Source: Candidatus Omnitrophota bacterium
GTDB lineage: Bacteria > Omnitrophota > Gorgyraeia > Duberdicusellales > Duberdicusellaceae
Length of the DNA stretch: 24,000 nucleotides
Direction: 5' to 3'
NCBI GenBank assembly: GCA_021159015.1
Contig: JAGGSQ010000048.1
Location: forward strand, 1 to 24,000
Shown in pieces: positions 13,216 through 22,069 of this stretch; the first letter of the stretch is position 1; the number at the start of each line of letters is the position of its first letter. The notes beneath the pieces are model-generated. The model saw only the letters and a program-made list of their open reading frames with translations, was not told the DNA's origin and made no database searches. The translations under genes were made by a program, and so were the position numbers.

Positions 13216-13386
13216 GAAAAATTACGCAGTAATTTTTGGATTTCGACCCCGCACCAGCGGGGGAGAAATCTTTATAATATCAAAGAACACTGGCTTCTCT
13301 TTTTTACCACAAACAGAAATTTCTGGCAAGCCTGTCTTTCAAAGATGTAAGCCTGGCTCACATCCAAAGAGTCCACAGTTCACAAT

Positions 13387-13417
13387 GCAACATTTTGCTT
13401 ACGAAGCAAAATGTTGC
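13387..13417. other. Perfect 14-bp-stem hairpin downstream of the membrane-protein gene
   Basis: GCAACATTTTGCTT-acg-AAGCAAAATGTTGC. No U-tract on either strand, so its role as a terminator is uncertain. Confidence 0.6.
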
Positions 13418-13436
13418 AAAGAGCAAAAGAGGCTTT

Positions 13437-14063
13437 TTATTTTACCGCAGGAACAAATAATTGTCTAAATATATGTTGAAAAAACGATGCACCTTCTTTT
13501 ATACCTGCCTTTACTACCACGGCAAAAGAGAACTTCTCCGAATAAAGCTGCAAATTAAGGCTAAGAAAGAGAAGATTAATAGCAATCACCCAAAAAATAA
13601 GGAAGAGATAATCTACTACTTTCCCTATTTTATCTGTCTTCATAATTTTAGCTACCATAACCAGATGCATAGTAAAGACGAAACCGGAAAGGAAAAAGAA
13701 GAATGGCAAAAGAAAAATTATTTTCAGCCACACTACTAGCAGAAAATATGCTGCCAAAACCACTAATATCCAAAAGGGAATAATGTAGTAGGATACTTTA
13801 AAAACAGGCGCAAATATGCTGAAGACAAACTCTATAAGTTTCTGGCTGCGGCGGTAGAACTTAACCGGCTCATAAATAAAAATATGAAAAAGTAAGTAGA
13901 CTGCTACACCGGCATAAAAAGTTCTAAAGGGGAGAAAAGAGAAACTATTCGTTTCTCTAATAAAAGCCGCCGCCAAAGCCACCAAAAAGGGCAAAAAAAC
14001 AATTACAAATAAAAGCTTGGCTGCCTTAACCCATCTGTTTTGGCTTAATGACTGTAATCCCAT
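13437..14063 (-). CDS. Polytopic membrane protein, function unknown
   Basis: Multiple hydrophobic helices. The start overlaps the serS 3' end by 38 nt, so the start is uncertain. Confidence 0.6.
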   Translation of the reverse strand: MGLQSLSQNRWVKAAKLLFVIVFLPFLVALAAAFIRETNSFSFLPFRTFYAGVAVYLLFHIFIYEPVKFYRRSQKLIEFVFSIFAPVFKVSYYIIPFWILVVLAAYFLLVVWLKIIFLLPFFFFLSGFVFTMHLVMVAKIMKTDKIGKVVDYLFLIFWVIAINLLFLSLNLQLYSEKFSFAVVVKAGIKEGASFFQHIFRQLFVPAVK

Positions 14064-15306
14064 GCATATATGGTTGCAAAACTTCCGGTATTTTTATTTC
14101 TCCCTTTTCCTGCTGGTAATTTTCTAAAATGGCGATTACCAACCGCGCCAGAGCCAGTCCTGAGCCATTTAGCGTATGAACAAAGGAAAGTTTATTGCCA
14201 GAGGTACGGTAGCGAATATTAGCACGGCGGGCCTGAAAATCTTCAAAATTAGAACAACTGGATACCTCCAGCCACCTGTCTACTCCCGGTGCATATACTT
14301 CTAAGTCGTAAGTTTTACTGGAGGCAAAACTCATGTCGCCACTGGCCAAAAGCACTACCCGATAAGGAAGTCCTAGCTGTTTTAATATTTCTTCGGCGTG
14401 AGCGGTAATAATCTCAAGTTCCCCATAGGAGTCTTGTGGCTTTGCAAAACGCACCAGCTCCACTTTATCAAACTGATGCACGCGCAAAAGCCCCTTGGTG
14501 TCTTTTCCGTAACTGCCGGCTTCGCGACGGAAACAGGCACTATAAGCAGTGTAAGCCAGAGGAAGCGACTTCTCTTCCAGAATTTCATCACGGTGAATAT
14601 TGGTAAGCGGAACTTCCGCGGTAGGAATAAGAAAATAATCATCGTCCCTCAGGCGGTACATATCTTCTTCCAGCTTAGGAAGCTGAGCCGTAGCCGTCAT
14701 AGAGGCAACATTAGCCAGAAAAGGCACAAAGGCTTCCTGATAGCCATGTTTCTGAGTATGCAAATCAAGCATGAAATTGATTAAGGCCCGCTCCAAAAGC
14801 GCCCCTTCTCCTTTAAAAAGCGTAAAATGTGAGCCGCAGATTTTTGCCGCCCGTTCAAAATCAAGAATGCCTAATTTCTTCCCTAATTCTATATGGTTAC
14901 GCACCTCAAAAGAAAAAGTACGCCGCGTTCCTGCTTCTCGCACTATCTGATTTTTTTCCTTTCCTCCTCGCGGCACACTGGCATGGGGTAGATTGGGAAT
15001 TTGAAGCAGAAGTTTCTCAAACTCATCCTTAACCGCAACGAACTCCTGCTGCAGCAAAGAAAGCCTTTCTGCCAGCTTCCGGCTTTTTTCTATTTCTTCT
15101 TCTGCGGGCTTATTTTCTTTTTTCAGCCTCCCTACTAAAGAAGCTGCCCTATTCTGTTCAGCTTTAAGAGCCTCTATCTCCTGCAGCATCTTTCTTCTTT
15201 TAGCATCCAAGGTCAAAAAACTGTCTAAATCAAATTTTTCTCTTTTAGCCGCAATAGCTTCTTTTACCAGTTCAGAATTCTGACGAATAAATTTTATATC
15301 CAACAT
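14026..15306 (-). CDS. serS: Seryl-tRNA synthetase
   Basis: N-terminal coiled-coil arm ([10 protein letters not shown]...) and a class II core ([16 protein letters not shown]). Confidence 0.95.
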   Translation of the reverse strand: MLDIKFIRQNSELVKEAIAAKREKFDLDSFLTLDAKRRKMLQEIEALKAEQNRAASLVGRLKKENKPAEEEIEKSRKLAERLSLLQQEFVAVKDEFEKLLLQIPNLPHASVPRGGKEKNQIVREAGTRRTFSFEVRNHIELGKKLGILDFERAAKICGSHFTLFKGEGALLERALINFMLDLHTQKHGYQEAFVPFLANVASMTATAQLPKLEEDMYRLRDDDYFLIPTAEVPLTNIHRDEILEEKSLPLAYTAYSACFRREAGSYGKDTKGLLRVHQFDKVELVRFAKPQDSYGELEIITAHAEEILKQLGLPYRVVLLASGDMSFASSKTYDLEVYAPGVDRWLEVSSCSNFEDFQARRANIRYRTSGNKLSFVHTLNGSGLALARLVIAILENYQQEKGEIKIPEVLQPYMHGITVIKPKQMG

Positions 15307-15893
15307 CAGCTCTGCCTTCTTTCAATTGCCAAAAGTAATATTACCAAAGCCAGCCCTAAACGGCGGTCCAATATTCTATTTCTATCCTGAGAAAAATCAA
15401 CATCAAACTTATGCACAAAGAGATTAAACCGCTGGGAAATTCTTCCTAAAGAAACACCTTGAGGATTAACCAGATTATAAGTTTGAGGGATTAGATTCAT
15501 AAACCATCTTCTCACCAAAGCCAAAAATAAACTATCCTCTTCCAGGACGGCAATAAGCTTTTCTTCTCTATCCAGCACCTCCCATTTGTCACGCACCAGC
15601 GACCTCCACCCTTTACGGCGAAGAGTGCCTACTTTTTCTTTCGTTTCTGAGTCAAATACATCATAGGCGGCAGAAAAATCAATAATCTGGCGTGCCTGGA
15701 TATGGAGAACTTCGTGATTCTGGTCTACATCGGCATATACTCTTATGTCTTCCTTAAGCCGGAATAGTTTCTGGCGGCTGTACAAAAGCAGTCGACTTTG
15801 AGGAGGAGGGCTCATAATGCGAAAAGTAGGAACCAAACTGAAAAAAACCCGCGTAGCCAAAAAACGTTCGCGCTCCCTTATTTCCTGCCGCAT
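15306..15893 (-). CDS. Tubby C-terminal-like (LOR / scramblase-like) family protein
   Basis: Repetitive beta-strand pattern ([16 protein letters not shown]...[18 protein letters not shown]...[16 protein letters not shown]...[18 protein letters not shown]) plus a C-terminal hydrophobic helix. The family assignment is by resemblance only. Confidence 0.4.
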   Translation of the reverse strand: MRQEIRERERFLATRVFFSLVPTFRIMSPPPQSRLLLYSRQKLFRLKEDIRVYADVDQNHEVLHIQARQIIDFSAAYDVFDSETKEKVGTLRRKGWRSLVRDKWEVLDREEKLIAVLEEDSLFLALVRRWFMNLIPQTYNLVNPQGVSLGRISQRFNLFVHKFDVDFSQDRNRILDRRLGLALVILLLAIERRQS

Positions 15894-15907
15894 AACTTAC
15901 CTCCTCC

Positions 15908-17356
15908 CTAACCTTTTATTACACCCACCGGACGCATACGACAAACTTTCTGCGAAAGCCCTGCTTTTTCCACAGTTTCTATAACTGTATCTATATTTTT
16001 ATATACAGCCGGGGCCTCTTCTACCATAGTCTTCCTACCTTTAGCCATAGCTACAATGTCTTTTTCTCTTAATTCTTCCATCAAAACATTATAAGAAATA
16101 TTTTTCAAAGCCTTATGGCGCGACATAACTCTTCCTGCACCATGGCAAGTAGAAGAAAAACTCTCTACTTCAGCTTTTTTTGTTCCCAATAAAAGATAAG
16201 AAGCCGTTCCCATATCGCCGGGAATAATTACCGGCTGACCCAAAGAGCGATAACGAGGAGGCAAAAGTGTATTGTCTGGTCCCAGCGCCCGCGTAGCACC
16301 TTTACGGTGCACGCAGAGCTTTTTCTTGTTTCCTTCTATTTCATAATCTTCAAATTTAGCAATATTATGCGCTACATCATATATTAGTTCCATACCGAGA
16401 CTACTCCAGGCAGCGCCAAAAACCTGCGAGAAACTTTCCCGCGCTAAATGCATAAGAATCTGGCGATTGCACCAGGCATAATTCGCGGCTGCCTTCATAG
16501 CGCCTATATAACGCTGAGCCTCTTTACTTTCTACGGGTGCGCAGGCAAGCTGGCGGTCAGGCAGATAGATGTGGTATTTTTTAGCTGCCTCCAGCATAAC
16601 TTTAATAAAATCATCACAAATTTGGTATCCAAACCCCCGCGAACCAGAATGGAGCATTAAAGTAATCTGACCCGGAAATATCCCCAGCGCCTCTGCCTCT
16701 TCAGGTTTATAAATCTCCTCTACCTCCTGTATCTCTACGAAATGATTGCCGCTTCCCAGTGTACCCAGCTGATTTCTCCCCCGTTCATAAGCACGCGGTG
16801 AGACCTCCTCCGGGAGAGCTCCTTTCCAGCTCCCTCTCTCTTCGCAACATTCTAAATCACTCTCTACGCCCCAACCCAATTCTACAGCCCACTCTGCGCC
16901 TCTAAGCATTACCTCCTTCTCTTGCTGAGAATTAAGTTTTATTTTTCCGCTTGAACCTACGCCCACGGGAATATTCCGATAAAGGGCTTCTACAAGAGAA
17001 GGTATTTTTGTTTTGATATCTTTATAAGTAAGGTTAGTTCTCATCAACCTTACACCACAATTAATGTCAAATCCTACGCCTCCCGGCGAAATAACCCCTC
17101 CTTTTTCTATATCGGTAGCCGCTACACCGCCGATACAAAAGCCATATCCCCAATGAATATCAGGCATAGCCAGAGAATATTTCACTATACCGGGCAGGAA
17201 AGCAACATTGGCCACCTGCTCTAAGGCTCTATCTTCTTTAGCTTTGTCTATAATCTCCTTATCGCCATAAATTATACCTTCCACTCTCATACCCGCCTTA
17301 AAAGAACGGGGCAGGAGCCATTTATAATCACTTATCTTTTGCAAATCCTTTTCCAT
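15908..17356 (-). CDS. rtcB: RNA 3'-phosphate ligase RtcB
   Basis: Conserved GYGFCIGGV, GFDINCGVR, GSGNHF, HSGSRGFG and CHGAGR motifs. Confidence 0.95.
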   Translation of the reverse strand: MEKDLQKISDYKWLLPRSFKAGMRVEGIIYGDKEIIDKAKEDRALEQVANVAFLPGIVKYSLAMPDIHWGYGFCIGGVAATDIEKGGVISPGGVGFDINCGVRLMRTNLTYKDIKTKIPSLVEALYRNIPVGVGSSGKIKLNSQQEKEVMLRGAEWAVELGWGVESDLECCEERGSWKGALPEEVSPRAYERGRNQLGTLGSGNHFVEIQEVEEIYKPEEAEALGIFPGQITLMLHSGSRGFGYQICDDFIKVMLEAAKKYHIYLPDRQLACAPVESKEAQRYIGAMKAAANYAWCNRQILMHLARESFSQVFGAAWSSLGMELIYDVAHNIAKFEDYEIEGNKKKLCVHRKGATRALGPDNTLLPPRYRSLGQPVIIPGDMGTASYLLLGTKKAEVESFSSTCHGAGRVMSRHKALKNISYNVLMEELREKDIVAMAKGRKTMVEEAPAVYKNIDTVIETVEKAGLSQKVCRMRPVGVIKG

Positions 17357-17397
17357 ATCGGGCGCTATATTAACATATTAAATTATAAAAATAGTGA

Positions 17398-17844
17398 TTA
17401 AAGGTCAAAAATGACCTCTGCTTTAAAACCAAGGGAGGTTCTCTCAATCTTAAGATTATGGCGCGTAGCGGCCTTAACCTCAGAAGCAATATATTCCGGT
17501 TTTATCTTTATATATCTGGTTTTTGCAGACAGCCGTTTTTTCTGGCTCTCTTTTACCAACAAAGAATAATCAACCGCCAATATATTATAAGTATACAGAT
17601 TGAAAAGCTGCTCATTAAGCCAGCGCAGGAACAATTCCTCCCAGCTGTCTTCCTCAGCCACAAATACTCTTTCCTCAATTGACAAATCCGGCTGGCGAAG
17701 CAGATTCTCACGTTTCTCCCCTACCGCATACTCAAGGATGCCGCTGGCGGCTTTTACAAACAAGTCTGATAAAGTAGGGGCGGATATTTTAAGGCCCAGG
17801 TCTGCAGTATGTTCGATTATTTCTATATTTACTCCGTCTCTCAT
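17398..17844 (-). CDS. Archease (RtcB activator)
   Basis: EHTADLGLKI N-terminal motif, about 148 aa, immediately upstream of rtcB. Confidence 0.85.
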   Translation of the reverse strand: MRDGVNIEIIEHTADLGLKISAPTLSDLFVKAASGILEYAVGEKRENLLRQPDLSIEERVFVAEEDSWEELFLRWLNEQLFNLYTYNILAVDYSLLVKESQKKRLSAKTRYIKIKPEYIASEVKAATRHNLKIERTSLGFKAEVIFDL

Positions 17845-17875
17845 TCAATAATTCTCCTTTCTTTCATTAGAAAAG

Positions 17876-17951
17876 TGGTGGGCCACGAAGGACTCGAACC
17901 TTCAACCCACGGATTAAGAGTCCGTTGCTCTACCAATTGAGCCAGTGGCCC
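17876..17951 (-). tRNA. tRNA-Lys (anticodon CUU), CCA encoded
   Basis: The reverse complement is GGGCCACTGGCTCAATTGGTAGAGCAACGGACTCTTAATCCGTGGGTTGAAGGTTCGAGTCCTTCGTGGCCCACCA, with anticodon loop CTCTTAA. Confidence 0.95.
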
Positions 17952-17952
17952 G

Positions 17953-18369
17953 TTAGGGTTCCTCTAATACTTTATCTAATTGCGGCAAATATTTCAACAA
18001 AATATTCATTTCTGCCGCCGAGAGAGAAGAAGAAACATTTGCTGCTAACGGATAATTAACCCCTTGGGCTTTCATTTTAGCCAAAGGATAAGCAGAAATT
18101 ATGCGGTTAAAAAGAGTGAAGAAATCTTCTATCTTCAAGCCAAACTTACTTGCCAGCGCTGCCAGTTCATTGTAGTATTTCTTTGCCTGGATATTACTAA
18201 CCTGAGAGACGCTCTGGCTTTCTGCTCCATACTTTTTAAGAAGGGCACGATAGAAAGGCATTATCTTAACGAAAGTTATTATATTGCTTTCATTAATGAT
18301 ACTAAAAGCGGCGGATTCGGCATTTATGCCGAGAATTAGCAACATCATTATCATAAAAATTTTCTTCAT
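17953..18369 (-). CDS. Secreted hypothetical protein
   Basis: Signal peptide MKKIFMIMMLLILGINAESAA. No family recognised. Confidence 0.6.
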   Translation of the reverse strand: MKKIFMIMMLLILGINAESAAFSIINESNIITFVKIMPFYRALLKKYGAESQSVSQVSNIQAKKYYNELAALASKFGLKIEDFFTLFNRIISAYPLAKMKAQGVNYPLAANVSSSLSAAEMNILLKYLPQLDKVLEEP

Positions 18370-18433
18370 ACTCTCCTCTCGCTAAAAACTCTGGGAAAAA
18401 TTATACCAGGATGAAGCCGGGATTAAAAGAAAT

Positions 18434-19399
18434 TTATCTCGTCGGCACAGAATATCTCATCTTTTTAATATACCTTAAGAAGTCAGAATCAGTAGAGAGA
18501 ATAATGACAGCATTATTCTTTAGAGAATAGGCATAAGCATCCAGACTGCGCAAGAAAGAAAAAAACTCTTCATCTTGCCTGTAAGCCCGGGCATAAATCT
18601 CGGTAGCCTTCTTATCCGCTTCTCCCTTTATTTTCTGCGATTTGCGGTAAGCTAGAGAAAGAATCGTTTTTAGCTCTTTCTCGGTCTGGCCTTCTATCTC
18701 AGCCCGCTTGCCTCTACCTTCAGAACGATATTCCTCTGCGGCTCTTTTGCGCTCAGAAATCATACGGTCATATACCTTTTTCCTTACTTCTTCTACATAG
18801 TTGACGCGCTTTATCCTTACATCTATTAGTTTTATGCCGTAACGCGGCGTGAGCTGGCGCGCCCGTGATAAAATATTTTTGCGCAGTAGTCCTCGTCCTC
18901 CCGTGATTTTTTCCAGAGCCGTTTCTTCTACAAAATCTTTATTTATAGTGGCTCTGGCTTCTTCCAGAAGACGGTTGGAACTGCGCACAATATCAATCAG
19001 ATTGTGAGAAGTAACCGCATCGCGCACCGCCGCATCAATAATATCGTCTAAACGCGCATGGGCGCCTCTTTCATTGTAAACTGACTGAAAGAACAACAAA
19101 GGATTTTCTATTTGCCAACGGGCGGTGGTATCAATCCAGATATATTTCTTGTCTTTGGTGGGAATCTGGTTAGGATGACCATCCCACTCCAGTATCCGCT
19201 TATCAAAGTAATTAACCTTCTGGATAAAGGGTATTTTGAAATAAAGCCCCGCCTTCTTAATCGCTCCTCCCATAGGACGTCCAAACTGCGTAACTATTAC
19301 CTGCTCATATTCATTAACTACAAAAAAAGGCGAACCGCTTATCAATAATATCCCTAAAACAACTGCCAATAACAGGTAAAAACTTTTTTTATTCCCCAT
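18434..19399 (-). CDS. hflC: SPFH/band-7 protease modulator HflC
   Basis: N-terminal TM then FVVNEYEQVIVTQFGRP, an SPFH domain and a coiled-coil tail. It follows hflK with an 11-nt overlap. Confidence 0.85.
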   Translation of the reverse strand: MGNKKSFYLLLAVVLGILLISGSPFFVVNEYEQVIVTQFGRPMGGAIKKAGLYFKIPFIQKVNYFDKRILEWDGHPNQIPTKDKKYIWIDTTARWQIENPLLFFQSVYNERGAHARLDDIIDAAVRDAVTSHNLIDIVRSSNRLLEEARATINKDFVEETALEKITGGRGLLRKNILSRARQLTPRYGIKLIDVRIKRVNYVEEVRKKVYDRMISERKRAAEEYRSEGRGKRAEIEGQTEKELKTILSLAYRKSQKIKGEADKKATEIYARAYRQDEEFFSFLRSLDAYAYSLKNNAVIILSTDSDFLRYIKKMRYSVPTR

Positions 19400-20378
19400 T
19401 TTCCAGCCTCAATAAAGGCAATATGCCTTTTTCTTCCTCATCAATTATAAATACTTTGTGTGCCTTTCCTACTATTTCTCTCATTTTCTCCAGATAAAGC
19501 CGCCGCCGCGTAACCTCTTTGGCCTCTTTATAAGCTTCCAGAAGAAGCAAAAACCTTTCCGCATCGCCTAAAGCCCGGTTAATCTTCTCCTGTGCATACC
19601 CTTCGGCTTCTTTGACAATCTTAAGCGCCTGACCGCGCGCGGCAGGAATTTTCTGGTTATAGATCTGCCAGGCCTGGTTAATCATTCTTTCCCGCTCTTG
19701 TTTAGCCTCATTTACCTCATTAAAAGCCGGCTGGACCGACTCAGGAGGATTCACATCCTGCAGCTTTACGGTTACAATAGCAATGCCTGAACTATAAGAA
19801 TCAAGTATCTCCTGCATATTCTGCTGGGCAATGTCGTTAATCTCCATACGTTTAGAACTTAATACTTCATTAAGAGAGTAGTCGCCTACTATTTTTCTCA
19901 TAACCGATTCGCTTATATCCCGCAATGTTTTACGCTGGTCTCTGATATGAAACAAAAACCGGGCGGCGTCCTTTATTTTATACTGGACAATCCATTCTAC
20001 CTGAAGCACATTTAAGTCACCCGTAAGCATCAAAGATTCATCATCATAGTTACGGGAAGCATACTGGCTTTTTATTCCTGCCTTAAGAGTACGAAAGCCA
20101 AACTCTTCCTTAAAAATATAATCGACTTTCACTTTGTTAACTTTCTCAATCCGCCAGGGAAGTTTAAAGTGTAGCCCTGGTGAAGTAGTGCGGACAAACC
20201 TTCCGAAACGGCGTACTACTCCTACTTCGTTAGGTTCAATAGTATAAAAAGAGGAAAAGGCGGAAAAAATAAGAAATACCGCAAGAATAATAAGAATCGC
20301 AGATTTCGTATATTCCTGCTTCCCAGAGGAGGAAGAAGGAGGAATTATATCTTCCGGCTTTATATTTTTAAAATCCAC
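19389..20378 (-). CDS. hflK: SPFH/band-7 protease modulator HflK
   Basis: TM then YTIEPNEVGVVRRFGRFVRTTSPGLHFKLPW, followed by an SPFH domain. GTG start; the exact start is uncertain. Confidence 0.85.
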   Translation of the reverse strand: MDFKNIKPEDIIPPSSSSGKQEYTKSAILIILAVFLIFSAFSSFYTIEPNEVGVVRRFGRFVRTTSPGLHFKLPWRIEKVNKVKVDYIFKEEFGFRTLKAGIKSQYASRNYDDESLMLTGDLNVLQVEWIVQYKIKDAARFLFHIRDQRKTLRDISESVMRKIVGDYSLNEVLSSKRMEINDIAQQNMQEILDSYSSGIAIVTVKLQDVNPPESVQPAFNEVNEAKQERERMINQAWQIYNQKIPAARGQALKIVKEAEGYAQEKINRALGDAERFLLLLEAYKEAKEVTRRRLYLEKMREIVGKAHKVFIIDEEEKGILPLLRLENGE

Positions 20379-20414
20379 ACCTCTATTGTATAGTGAAACC
20401 TTGCTTTGTCAAAC

Positions 20415-21020
20415 TTATTCATTTAATATTTTCTTTATGGCCTTATAGATTCTTTCAGCCATAATTTTGTATCCCTGAGAATTAGGGTGGATAGAATCAG
20501 ACATAAGAGCACCCTTATCAATAATTCCCGCCAAAACATGAGGTATAAACAGACAATTGCTCTTACGGCAAAGTCTGGCAAAAGCTATTCTGTAGCGGCG
20601 CATGAAAGGATAATCAAAAACATCACAAAGAACGACTTTGATATTATTTTTCCTCAAGATATCTATCATTCTAGTTATATTCGCAAGAGTTAAGCTGAAA
20701 GGAACCCCTCTTAGATAATCATTGCCTCCCAGCTCAATAATTACCAGGTCCGGATGTAGCCGCAATACATCTCTGTTAATACGCAGGAGAGCTCCACTGG
20801 TTGTATCACCACTAACACCGGCATTAACTACTCTGAAACGGGAAAACTGCTCCAGATAAGCGGGAAAATTCTTTCCTTCTTCCGCCCCTTTGCCAAAAGT
20901 AAGGCTATCACCCAGGCAAACAATGAGACGATTCTCAGCAGAATTTATCTCCTCTTGAGAACGACATCCCAATAGCAAAAATAATAGGAAAACTACCCCT
21001 AATACTTTCCTCTGTTTCAT
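20415..21020 (-). CDS. SGNH/GDSL-family lipoprotein hydrolase (TesA/arylesterase-like)
   Basis: Lipobox LLLGC, block I GDSLT, block III GGNDY and block V DSIHPN. Confidence 0.85.
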   Translation of the reverse strand: MKQRKVLGVVFLLFLLLGCRSQEEINSAENRLIVCLGDSLTFGKGAEEGKNFPAYLEQFSRFRVVNAGVSGDTTSGALLRINRDVLRLHPDLVIIELGGNDYLRGVPFSLTLANITRMIDILRKNNIKVVLCDVFDYPFMRRYRIAFARLCRKSNCLFIPHVLAGIIDKGALMSDSIHPNSQGYKIMAERIYKAIKKILNE

Positions 21021-22069
21021 ATCTTACCTTGCTTTTGCCGCAAACGCAGTTGTCCGCAGGCTCCCTCTATATCTTGCCCGCGCGGCCGGCGCAGGGTAAA
21101 AAACACGCCTTCCTCTTTAAGCCAGCGGCAGAAACGAAATATTTCTCCAGAAGAAGGAGGCTGCCAATTAAACGAGGAAACAGGATTGTAAGGAATAAGA
21201 TTAATTTTATAATTCAAGCCTTTAACCATCTTTTTCAGCCGCAAAACGTCTTCCTTGCTGATGTTAAAATTGCTAATCATTATATATTCGAAGGTAAGAC
21301 TGTATTTGCAGCGGCGATTAAAAAGGCGTACGGCTGAAAACAGCTCTGAGAGAGGATAAATTTTATTTACGGGCATTATAATGTTCCTTAAACTATCCTT
21401 TGCCGCATGCAAAGATATCGACAATCCTACTCCTATATTTTCCGCCGCAAAGGCCTTTATAGCCGGAGCTAATCCGCAAGTAGAAATAACTACTTTCCTC
21501 TTCCCTATATACATACCCTGAGGCTCAAGAATTATACGTAAAGCTTTTATTACATTCCCGTAATTATCAAAAGGCTCGCCTATCCCCATAAAAACTACAT
21601 TAGTAAGCTTCGCCTCTCTTCTCTTTAGCCAATCAGAAACATAAAGGCACTGATTCACAATCTCAGCCGGTGTGAGATTACGCTTGAATCCTAAAAGGCC
21701 GCTGGCGCAAAAACGGCAGCCAAAACGACAGCCTACTTGAGAAGACAAACAAACTGTATTCCTTTTTCCTTCCGGGATAAGAACACTCTCAATATAGGTT
21801 TTATCTTCCAGGGCAAATAAGAATTTAACGCTACCATCCCGGCTCTGGCGTTCTTTAACCAAGCGGAGCGAAGAAAAATAGAAATTGTCTTTTAGATAGT
21901 GGCGCAGAGAGCGGGAGAGGTTAGTCATAGAGAAAAAACTCTCCTCCCGCTTTTTATAGACCCAGTTAAATACCTGGCGGGCCGCATAATCAGGATAACC
22001 TGCTTCCTGTAAGTGCTGTCGTAAGGAAGCCAGAGTTTGAGATTTTATATCGTGGCGCTGCTTAAGCAT
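21017..22069 (-). CDS. rlmN: Radical SAM 23S rRNA/tRNA adenine-C2 methyltransferase RlmN
   Basis: CRFGCRFCASG (CX3CX2C), GIGEP and the C-terminal GACGQL motif. Start set at ATG 22069, with a 1-nt TGATG overlap on the upstream gene. Confidence 0.9.
   Translation of the reverse strand: MLKQRHDIKSQTLASLRQHLQEAGYPDYAARQVFNWVYKKREESFFSMTNLSRSLRHYLKDNFYFSSLRLVKERQSRDGSVKFLFALEDKTYIESVLIPEGKRNTVCLSSQVGCRFGCRFCASGLLGFKRNLTPAEIVNQCLYVSDWLKRREAKLTNVVFMGIGEPFDNYGNVIKALRIILEPQGMYIGKRKVVISTCGLAPAIKAFAAENIGVGLSISLHAAKDSLRNIIMPVNKIYPLSELFSAVRLFNRRCKYSLTFEYIMISNFNISKEDVLRLKKMVKGLNYKINLIPYNPVSSFNWQPPSSGEIFRFCRWLKEEGVFFTLRRPRGQDIEGACGQLRLRQKQGKI

Noticed and set aside
12921-13232. 103-aa plus-strand ORF
   Set aside because: It spans the repeat, the tRNA fragment and the whole of tRNA-Ser in antisense. 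It is an artefact of stop-poor structured RNA sequence.
1447-19348. Many 60-160-aa ORFs antisense to or nested within strong genes (e.g. 1447..1650, 2191..2409, 2598..2816, 3048..3266, 4127..4402, 4356..4559, 4448..4708, 6549..7028, 9526..9720, 9882..10106, 10085..10270, 11797..12111, 11994..12263, 13461..13739, 14382..14642, 14398..14784, 14829..15032, 16448..16660, 17458..17682, 17600..17851, 18064..18339, 19112..19348, and likewise 20487..20693 and 21029..21337)
   Set aside because: Each overlaps a gene with clear family motifs on the opposite strand or in another frame. They lack ribosome-binding sites and have low-complexity or biased composition. I treat them as shadow ORFs.
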